This document shows positions 14,451-24,862 of a stretch of DNA of 64,000 bases, one piece after another. Source of the stretch: Cycas panzhihuaensis. Its lineage: Eukaryota > Plantae > Cycadophyta. Within the stretch, counting starts at the first letter, position 1. Every line of letters starts with the position of its first letter. The translations under genes were made by a program, and so were the position numbers. The stretch spans positions 186,255,741-186,319,740 of the forward strand of contig CM041465.1 in NCBI GenBank assembly GCA_023213395.1. The letters are read 5' to 3'. The notes beneath the pieces were generated by a model. That model saw nothing but the letters and a program-made list of their open reading frames with translations. It searched no databases and was not told the origin of the DNA.

Positions 14451-15779
14451 ACTAGACTAAAGGTTTAGATATGAAGTAATCAGGACTTTATGATACATGA
14501 TTATGTTGTTAGATTATTGATGTTATATTCTAGACTTTGGTGTTGATATTATGATGCTATAATATTTTATTAAAGTGGTACTTGATAATTATTCTATTAT
14601 GTGAAATTTTAGTAGTCTTAATAATTTGGTGGAAGCATAGTAGTCTTAGTAATTTTGGTGTTTAGGTAGACCTTAAATCAATTAGATGGAGATTGTTTAT
14701 TCCTCCCTCTTCGGTGACCTCCAGTTCATTTATAAGGCCAAGGTCTAGGTAGTTTGTCAATACTAGAAACCCTAACAATAATAAATACATTTGGTTAATT
14801 AACTTCTAGAGGAGGATGAGTCTAAATCCCCTTTAATATCTCTTAGTTTTAGCTACTGCTTCCAATTTGTAGGACCTAGTAGTAGTAAAATGATTGAGAT
14901 CAAGAATGTAAATATAATTAGCTATGTCATTTGTGACCTTAATTACTTTGATAATGATGGGATTATTCTTGAGAATCTCATTAGGTCTTCCCCTAGCCTC
15001 CTTCTTATGTTAGAGTATATAGAACATAGTGGAGCAGGTGAACATACAAAACAAAGTAATATTCAAATCATATTGATAGTACATATTGTAAACATCGTTG
15101 TATTAAGCCATCTTTAAAGAGATTACATGCAAATTTCTTTGAGGAAGGTGGTGTTAAAGAACACCAAGATTTTAAACCTCATAAAATATATACTTGAGAG
15201 GGAGGAGGGAATCCTCATCAACCTCCAAAATTTAAAGTAATATAAAATACTGACTTAACATTAAAATAATAGCAGTGTATAATAAAATAATCTCACCTTA
15301 ACTTACCATAAGGATGTGTGCACTTACATGTTCTTAAGGTGGGAGTTAAGTGAGGGACATTAACCCCAACATACACCCCCTTAATGTTCATCACTTTTTC
15401 TTTAGTTTCTCTTTGAATTTGTGGTACAAGTACTTTAGGTATACTTTGAAAAGGTGATTACATTCATGTCCTTTAGCTTCATCATCTTTGAAGTGGTTAA
15501 TAGCTTATATTATTGTCCTTTTTATGTGGTCTTTAATAAAATGTGGTTTAAGTATAGATGTGAGTTGCTTCAAATGAGTACAAGTGTCTTCATCTTTGAC
15601 TTTGTCCTTATGATGAGAGTCAATTGGGTCAAATATATATATAGTCTCAAATGTAGCAATGTGATCATTAGTCTTAATGTAATTTTCAACATTATATGTA
15701 ATATTAGAGTTTTCATCAACTAATACTTGTTATATCATCTGTCTCGTAGAAAACACATCGTTAATATAGTCAAATATAT

Positions 15780-16071
15780 TTAAATCTAAAATTTCTCTCC
15801 CATAAAGTGAGTGTAGGATATCTCAAACTAATTTTGATGTGGTTAAATCACTAACACTAGTGAATGCATCATCATTTAGTGTAGAAAAGACTAGAGCTAA
15901 GGCTTCATTATCTTTTTTCAAGTTTTCTCTAAAATTGGGTTCATTCTTAAGATACCCATCACTTACATAATGCCATAAATTATTTGTAATGAGATGGGTT
16001 TTTAAAATATATTTGTAAATGTAAAAGTTAGTCCTATCAAATATGGGAAACTTTAAGTTATCTTCATTCAT
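15780..16071 (-). pseudogene. Copia-type gag N-terminal remnant (DUF4219/UBN2-like) of element A
   Basis: FPIFDRTNFYIY..L..HL...NLWHYV..G...KKDNEALALVFSTLNDDAF..V....TSKLV*. Confidence 0.8.
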
Positions 16072-17049
16072 TATTATTATAATTAATAAATCATAACCTC
16101 TAATAAGAAATTAATCTTGAAATAAGCAATCAAAAAGAGGTATATCTCCTTAAACAATGGGACAAATAAATGATAAATAATCCTTTCAAATTAGATTTAA
16201 TGAATGCTATTTACAAAGTAACTTTCATAAGACTTCAAAATAGACTAATATACCCTTAAATGACCAAATGCAACTTTGAAATACTTTTAAAAAATGAGAA
16301 AAATTAATCCTTTAATGTCAAAATCTTATTAAGAGTAAATAACCGTTAAACGAGCCTTTCAAATCAAAGACAACAGTCAAATAGTCATGAATGTGTGCTC
16401 CTTGAAAAATAATATGAACAACCTTTGTTGAAATAAAACTAAATTTTATTGTAGTTAATCATCATCACTCCACTCCCACCTTCCAACTAGGATTGTACAC
16501 CTCATCATCCTCATTTTACACATGTAGGAGTTAGTTTCATTTGAGTTAAGTTAGTATTATTTTATTATTAATTTAAATTTCAGGGGTTGAGGAGTTTCCC
16601 TTCTCTCCCAAATTATAAATATTGAGGGTGTGCAACCCTAGTGTCTTTAGACACCGGCCTCATTTGAGAAATTTGTAATACTCACTTCTCACAATGGATT
16701 GAATATAGAAGTTTTATGTATTTATGCTACGACAATGTATTGATCTATTGAAGTTTATTCTATGTTCTGCCCTATTCTCCTGCAATATTTTTTCTACATT
16801 TAGTATCAGAGCTACTTGGGGCTCTATATTTTTTCCTACATTTGGTATCAGAGCAGACAATTATTGGCCTACTAAAGTTTCTTTAAAAAGAAAGAAGATT
16901 TACTGTCATTTGAGGCAGATTTACTCACAGCAAAGAGAATACTTGTTATATTTATTTTTTGCATGTTTTTTTTAGCAAGTTTCTTCTATTTTTTAACAAA
17001 TTTACTTATTATTAAGATATATTTGTGTTATAACAAATATATTTTGGAT

Positions 17050-17750
17050 TTCTTCAAATTTTGTGTAGATTTATGAAGGATTTTAGCTACAAGCTACATT
17101 TTTTCAAAGATTTTTTTTCAGATCTGAGTTATATTTTTTTAGATCTACATATCTTATCATATATTTGACTATTTTTAAGAATATTTCTACCTATTTATCT
17201 AATATTTGTGTAGATTTGTGAAGGAGATTAGCAACAAGCTATATATTATTCAAGTTTTCTTCATATTTGTGATATATTATCTTAGATCTATATTTTTTAA
17301 TAAAATATTTGGTATTTTTAAAGCAAATTTCTATCTATTTATCCTATATTTTTGTAGATCTATATAGGATTGCAGCTGCATGTAATATTTACTCAAGTTT
17401 TTTCTCAGATTTGAGTTATATTTCTTCAAGATCTGCCTTATATTTTTTAAATCTTCTATACTTATGTCAGATCTGTAATATTTAGCTTAAGATATGCAAT
17501 ATTTATTAAGTTTTCCTTCAGATCTACTATACATTTTTTTAGATCTACTTATTTCAATAATTATTTTAACATTTTTTGGTATATTTGTTGTAGATTTGTA
17601 ATACTTAGTTTAGATCTGCTATATTTCATTATAGATCTATATTTTTCATTATATATTTGACTATATTTTTAAGTTCTTTTTATAGATTTGTAATTTTTTA
17701 AGTCATATTCAGCCTTCTGGAGAAGCTTAAATAACAGATCTCACTTCTGC
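17050..17750 (+). repeat. Degenerate tandem repeat (~145 bp period) rich in AGATCT, in the leader of element B
   Basis: TTTGTGTAGATTT.TGAAGGA-type blocks at ~17060, ~17205 and ~17349; about 11 AGATCT hexamers in 17120-17742. Confidence 0.7.
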
Positions 17751-18503
17751 AAGTTAGCTACAACTACATTTCTAGGTTCATCATATATATTTTTTTTTCA
17801 GATTTAAACATTTTTTCTGATATATCCACTTCATATATTTAAAAATTTTAAATACAAATACATAAGCATTTTTTTGATATACTTTTTTTAAAATATCTAA
17901 AAAATTTCATTGTGACTATTGTATAGTTGTATTCTTCCATTAAATATTATTGACTGTTATTATTTGAAGATTTCTTTTGTGAAATCTCAAAGTATATTTG
18001 AAAGATTTCAATCACAATACTCATCTTTGAGTTTTATATAAATAAATATATATTTTTAAAATATTTTCTGCTTTTGCTCTAGTTGCTGAAGAGCCAAATC
18101 TCTCTTTACAACCTACTGAAAGGTTGAAAACATAAAAGTAACCATATAAATCAAGTTTCATTTTTGTCAAGCTATCTTTGAGTGTGATATGAAAACACAT
18201 TGAGTTGTAATATCCCAAGTGGATTATTAGAAGAAAAAGGATATATACACATTAATACTTCTTATATTATTTATTTTTTTATTAATATATTTATAAGGTC
18301 TGCCATATATTCTAGGAGAAACTTCCTCAACTTGCTTTACTAAGAATAGATAGAAAATAAAAAAGGGAAATATTTAGGTATACCTCTATATACAATTTAT
18401 TTATTTAGTATATAAAAGAACTTCTTGTAGATATGCTTTGAACTCTAAAGAAGCTGCCTGTTTGAAAGCAACACCAATTATTTCTAAAATAAAAATAAAA
18501 GTG

Positions 18504-18560
18504 AAAAGTTCCCCTGTCAATAATAGTCAAAAGTTCAAAGTCATCCACACCCACCTTATG
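18504..18560 (-). pseudogene. Captured fragment of an NDR (AGC family) protein kinase
   Basis: HKVGVDDFELLTIIDRGTF versus recalled plant NDR kinase HKMGVDDFELLTIIGRGAF (start of the kinase domain). Confidence 0.7.
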
Positions 18561-19195
18561 TGTCTTAATACGTTGTATTTCTTCTTGCAATCATTTTGTT
18601 GCTTCATCACTTTTTTTCTTCTGCTTCAGAAGTTGAGCTTGGTTTTCTTGCCTTTTCTTTAGTTCTAAAATTTGGGCCTCAAGGGCCTTCAACTTTTGAA
18701 GATAATCTTCCTGCATCTTTTATGTATGTTCATCAAATGCATGAGAAATACTTTCAAGTTCAACTCTCAATTGTTTCGTTTCTTTTAGTAAAGTCTTCTT
18801 CCATAAAATTTTTCTCATAATGTTGCTTGAGCACTATAGTATCGGCCTTTGCAAACAATTTCAAAAGAACTTGGTCTAGTTGCTCCACTTGTCTGAGACT
18901 TCGGTGCTACTCGTAGCTGCTACAGTTCACTTTCCAACTCTTATATCTTCGATAAATAAGATTTGATCATATCCACAACCTGAGATTCATCACCATCATC
19001 AATCTCTTTCCACTTTTTTCGTTTATATGATAACTCAAGTTCAAGACTCAATTTGTCTTTCTCAACCTGTGCATCTATCGCAGGATCCACAAGAAGTTGA
19101 GAGTTATCACGGTATTCCTATAGCTCTTGCTGGAGCTCTGCATTGCTATCTTCAAGCCATAAGATCTTATGCTTTAAAACCTACACTTCATCTGA
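18552..19195 (-). pseudogene. KIN4C: Captured intron-less fragment of kinesin-4 (KIN4C-like) coiled-coil stalk
   Basis: Manual translation: SDEV*VLKHKILWLEDSNAELQQEL*E...AIDAQVEKDKL...KWKEID...SYLSKI*ELESEL // KLFAKADTIVLKQHYEK...QEDYLQKLKALEAQILELKKRQENQAQLLKQKKKSDEATK*LQEEIQRIKTHKV. This matches recalled plant kinesin-4 stalk motifs; internal deletion at ~18865. Confidence 0.88.
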
Positions 19196-21668
19196 CAAAA
19201 TAACCGCATGGCTCTTCAGGTCAAAAACACTATCAAATATGAATTTCAATATAAACGTGGAACTGATAAGGATGAATCTTAAGTGAATGTTATAAAAAAT
19301 GTAAACTAAACCAGATTGTGCTTATCCTATTGGAAATAGATCAGCCAACTTCTATAGAAGATGGATTGACAGGCTAATTCTTTAAAAGTTGGTAATTCCT
19401 ACAATCTTTTATTCTTGCAACCAAATGTAGTCTCCAGGTTATATTCTAGTTTTCTGCAGGAATCCAGTGTATAGTCCATCACTGCAATAGTTTTCTGAGA
19501 TGTGCATTGGTCTTCTACTATTCAATAGTGTGCACTCATCATGGTAAAACTAAAATTTTCAAGTGGATTGGGTCCTCAATACTAACCCTGAAACATCGCT
19601 ATTTGTACTGCATATAGAACACGACACGATTGATTCCACCACACAAATGATCTTTTACAATGAAAGGCATTATGTAAAATTTGATTGGACTACAATAAAA
19701 CTTGAAATCTTTGCCTGCCTCTCTATAAATAGACGTCTGGGTGTCTTGCCATCCTTAAAACGTTGCACCTCTGACTTGATACGTAGATGAGTTGGTGCCA
19801 TTCCAACTAGGCTGTGCATTTGGGAAAATAGAGCCTATAATATTGCTCTTCATTTGCTCTGCCTGAAATCAACGGTTGTGATAAAGACACTGAATCTTTA
19901 AGTGTGGGAGCTACAATACTTGCACTTTGATCCTTTTGACCTATCTATGTAAAAGCTTGCAGCAACATCACTGTGAAAATCTAATTCTGGTGAGATAGAT
20001 GTGATTAATGGGACAACTATGGTATGTACAGGGAAGTCATGCGGTGTGTAATGGGAACTCGTGAAGCTTAATTTCACAAAAAACACGGGGAAGAAGCTGC
20101 ATGAACACTTGAACGTGTTGTGATTCACGTGACTGTGGGCAGCATCTTCGCGCCAATGGTGGTGGCACATCTATTAAGAATTCAAAATTTTTATTTTTAT
20201 TTTTTATTTTTTATAAAGTTTTTAAGAAATTTAAGTAAATTACATTTTATTTTCAATTCCAAGGTTTTTAAACCTTAGTACTCTTGTTTTATCAGCCCAC
20301 GGTCCCATCTAATCACCATGTGACTGTTAGCTATCTTTAAAAGGGGCTAACATAAGTTTTAACACATTTTTCTTTTTATTTTTTCTAATTTTTTAATTTT
20401 ATACAGGGTTACTGATAAATTTTTGCCATAACTCCTCACCGAGTCATCGATTTTTGACGAAACTAGTTTCATTGCATCAAAACTTTTTCGTAGATTAATT
20501 TTGACTGGTCATATGACCAATTTGGACTTGATTTGACACTATTTCAGTCAATTTAAAGTTAATCAGTCATTTTTTTATCATGTTTTAAACTTTTTACAAA
20601 ATCACTTTTTCAACTGATTATATTTTTCTACTAGGAGATTATTTTCTACCTAGATCTATTCTACAGTGATTCACATTCAATGAACCTCATTACCCACCTT
20701 TTATTTTATTTTTTAGAATCCATTTTGATCATTATTTTAATCGTCAAAAGTGCCGCTTTAGTAGTTTTTAGTCTTTTTCTTAGCATTTTACCATAAATGT
20801 ACCTGTTACCATTTTCATTATAACTTCTCTGTTTTGTATCAGAATTTAGTTATGTTAGTTTCATTGGGAAGCTGACTCACTCCTCTTCGAACTGACATAG
20901 TTTTTTATAAGATTTGGAGTGGTTTTATTGATTTTCAAAAGCATCAAAGTTGAGGTACTTAATTACCTCAAACCTGCCATAATTACACATTTTGTGTATA
21001 ATATTTCTCAAAATTTTTAATTGAAAATATATTAAGTAGTACTATCAGATATATTTAACCTTTCTACAACATTCTATAAAGTTTTATTAATATTTTTATA
21101 AGTTTTTGAGCTCCCTACTCCTGTTAGACCTAAAAAGAGGCTTGTATCTTTAATTTATCAAAACTTGACTTGTAGGAACCCATTTTCAAAACAGATAGTT
21201 CCATTGGATAGATATTTTATTAATCTTCATATTGAAGTTTTATATTATTCTAACATCATTTAGTATACTTTTGAAGCAACCAAACTTGAGGTTGTCTTCT
21301 AACCCTTCTTTTAAAAAAGTTTCTTCATACTCCTTATCTTTCAAAGTAAAATATACGTATATTTAAGTATTATATATTATCATCAAGGCTAAGGATTTAA
21401 TACATTAAGAATTTAAATTTATTCATTTGAAGAAAATCTAAAGGTTAAGGTCTTATTTCAGATTTGTATCATTAAAAGGATATTGGTATATGTTTTTAAA
21501 GTTGCTTCTATATTTATTATTTCCTTATTGCATTTAGTTCATTTATTTTCAAAAGGCACTATATTTTTTTTAAAAAGTATATTTGACATCATATAAGTTT
21601 AGTCACTTATTGACTTTATTTGATTTGGTAAAAGCATATATTTTATGTCCTAAAGTTTCCTTGATAAA

Positions 21669-21930
21669 ATGACACAATTTCCTATATTTGATGGGCAAAA
21701 TTTTTTACTATAGCACAAAACTATGCAAGATTATTTTATTGCACATGATCTTCTGAAATATTTACAATATAAATGTGATCTAAGTATTAAAGAAAATTTT
21801 AGAAAGGATAATGAAGTTTTAGGATTATTATTTTGCACTATGAATGATGATATTTTTTCAAAGGTTTCTGAATTAACTACTTCTAAATCTATTTAGGATG
21901 TATTGATTTCCATTTATGGGGGAGATACCC
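21669..21930 (+). pseudogene. Copia-type gag N-terminal remnant of element B
   Basis: MTQFPIFDGQNFLL*HKTMQDYFIAHDLLKY...KDNEVLGLLFCTMNDDIFSKVSELTTSKSI*DVLISIYGGD. Confidence 0.85.
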
Positions 21931-22069
21931 TCCATGTATTTAATGACATTTTTGATGAGCATATGAGACAGGTGACAGAACAGGTAAATCATAATGACAA
22001 CACCCATGAAAATTCAAATCAAATGTAGGACCAACTTGCTACACAAGTACCTGATCCTCCATTTGAGGG

Positions 22070-22140
22070 GGAGAATGAATCTTATGACATGATGGAGAAT
22101 GAATCTTATGATATGATGGAGAATGAATCTTATGATATGA
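22070..22140 (+). repeat. Three 24-bp tandem repeats (MENESYDM-coding)
   Basis: GGAGAATGAATCTTATGA(C/T)ATGAT x3. Confidence 0.9.
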
Positions 22141-24862
22141 CCAAAAAAAGACCTAATGATGTGACAGTTAAAGTTAAATTTCTAGAAGTTAAAGTTAATA
22201 TTGCAGCTATTCTTTTTTGTATAAATCAAGTATCATTTACTTATAGTTTTTTTACATCATTCCATAGTAAAGAGACATATGTGGCTATAAGGATAAGAAG
22301 AGTTGATAAAGATCAAGTAGATCAAGATTAGAATTTTAAATTTTTTTCAAATACAAGTTCCATAAGTTTAAGGAGAAGATACAAGTGTTTGTGATGATTA
22401 TTAAGGGGGAGAATGTTGGAGTTAATCGTCATCCCTCCACTCCTACCTTCCAACCAAGATTATACACCTCATCAACCTTATTTTACACATGTGGATGATC
22501 AACATCTATAGGTAAGTTAAGGTAAGTTTAATATTGATTTAAGTTAATTTGCGTTAGTTTTATTTGAGTTAAGTTAGCATTATTTTATTATTAATTTAAA
22601 TTTCAGGGGTTGAGGAGTTTCCCTCCTCTCCCAAATTATAAATATTGAGAGGTGTGCAACCCTGGTATCTTTAGACACCACCCTCATTTGAGAAATTTGT
22701 AATGCTCACTTCTCACAATGGATTGAATATAGAAGTTTCATGTGTTTATGCTACAACAATATGTTGATGTATGGATCTATTGAAGTTTATTCTATGTTCT
22801 ACCCTGTTCTCCTGCAATATTTTTTCTACAAATTCACCTTTGCTATAAAATTTAAATGAATCAATAAAGAGCTAAAATTATGAGCCAAAAGTATAAATCT
22901 TTTAATATTTAAATACAAAGCACTAGACTTTGAAATAATGATCAATGTTCAACTTATAGTCTCTTCAAGTAATGACAAATATATGAGGCTTTAAAGAGAT
23001 GAACTATGAAGTATAAATGTAAATATAATAAAATGCTTAAAGGAAATGATTTTTAGAAGCTTCAAAGAGCCAAAAACTAACTTACAGCTATGTAATATAA
23101 TGAACTTCAAAAAATATAATGGCTTTAAGACAAACAAAATGTTCTTTTGATTGGTGAATTAATGAGCTCAAGATATATAAAGTTGCTAGCAAATATTTCT
23201 AGAAGGAATTAATTAAGAAATGCTCTTTGTAGATTCACATGTAAACTAGGTACAATCTAAAGTATTAAAGAAAATCAAAGACCTTAAATATATAAAGAAA
23301 TCTTTTAAATTTAAATGTAAATGCTAAAAAAGAGAATGATAGTAGTAGAGAGTAACAATTTGTCACTTTGATCTAAATAGGGCTCTTGATCTTCAAGAAG
23401 CCAAAAATGAAGCTAAAGAGCTAAAAAATAACTTCTAAGCTTATAAAACCAAGAAAATATTATTAAAAATTAATTAGCATCTAAATAATAAATAAGCATA
23501 TTTAGTTAGAATAAAAAACTTGGCTCAAAATATCAGAAAATTTATCCAAATAGGAACAAATCAAAACCTTAAATTTATTATCTTTAAGGACCTATAAAAT
23601 AATATTGAATCATAATAAAATATATTTCAACACATATATCATTAAAAAATATTTTTTGACAGATTTAGCCATTCAAAAAAGGAGCTCCTGGAGTAAAAGT
23701 TATGACTATTTTAAGAACTTTGTTGTTAGGGTTTCTAAGGACTATAATAGTACTTAGTGGTGAAATACTAATAACTTTTTGCTTCTACCTCTAATTGACC
23801 TTAAACTACTTCCATTGGAAGGGAAATTCAAAAATTTATACAATAAAAAAAAATTGAGTCATTTGGACACTTGTAGCCAAAGTTATGGCTCTTTGAAGTT
23901 GAGGTTTTAGAACTATCCCAAAAGTACAGTGATAGAAAAGCAGGCCAAAATTAAATATACTATAATTTCTATAACCTTTTTCCAAAACTAGCACTATGAC
24001 CATTTAAAATTTGTGCTACAAGCCTTTTTATTTCAAATTCTCTATTTATTGTTTAAAAATCTTTTGATTTTGCTCCTAACGAGTAAAACTTCCATATGCC
24101 CAAAACCCTTAAAAAATTAATTTAACTAAAAAATAGATCCCTAACTCTTGTATAGATAAAAAATGGCTATAAACTATATACAAATATAAAAAAATATGGA
24201 TTATTTTGAGAATATATATAAAAAATAGTCAAAATTTTTAATGAAAATAATGTAAAAATTATCAATAAGCTTTATAAAAATTGGATAAAAACCAATATAC
24301 TACTTGCCATGAGTAGTTTCGATAGATCTCCTTTCCAAAAACTTAGTAGATCTTGTTTTGATACTAGATGAAGCCAAATGATGAGGTTTTGAATGTAGTC
24401 TAAGATCCAAAATGTTAAGTGAAACCAAGTAGGCCAAGATCAAGATGTTAATGATATAAAATATTGCCAAGATCTGGCTCTGATACCATGTTAGAAAGAT
24501 CTAGCTCTGATACCATGTTAAAGTATGGAGAACATAGCAGAATAGGTAAATATACAAATCAAAATAACATTTAAAGTATATTAATAGTACATATTGTAAA
24601 TATCATTCTATTAATCTATCTTTGAAGAGAGTACATACAAATTCCTTTGATGAAGGTGGTGTTAAAGAATACCATGGCTTTGAATCCCATGAGGGAATCC
24701 TCTTCAACCTCCAAAATTCAAAGTAATATAAAATAATAACTTAACACTAAAATAATAACAATGTATAATAAAATAATCTCACCTTAACTTACCATGATGA
24801 TGTGTGCACTCACATATTCTTAAGGTGGGAGTTAAGTGAGGGACATTAACCCTAACATCTTA

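Larger units (their letters stand above)
16447..22830 (+). mobile_element. Element B: complete non-autonomous gag-only LTR retrotransposon nested in A, carrying host gene fragments
   Basis: LTRs 16447-16798 (TG mutated to TA) and 22414-22830. TSD AATTT/AATTC. PBS copies at 16801-16812 and 16843-16854 (TGGTATCAGAGC). PPT TTAAGGGGGAGAA at 22401-22413. Confidence 0.92.
15008..24857 (-). mobile_element. Element A: complete non-autonomous gag-only LTR retrotransposon (~3.5 kb excluding nested B)
   Basis: LTRs 15008-15371 and 24516-24857 (TG..CA). TSD TCTTA on both sides (15003-15007, 24858-24862). PPT reverse complement TACACCCCCTTAA at 15372. Doubled Met PBS at 24477-24488 and 24504-24515. No pol. 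Confidence 0.93.

Noticed and set aside
18405-19195. A functional kinesin or kinase host gene
   Set aside because: Multiple stops, an internal deletion, no motor domain, and it lies inside a TSD-bounded LTR element.
19740-19800. Ankyrin/PGG-protein-like DGKTPRRLF motif
   Set aside because: Too short to assign; kept only as unidentified cargo.
22070-22140. CRISPR-like 24-bp repeats
   Set aside because: No spacers, eukaryotic context; a simple coding tandem repeat.
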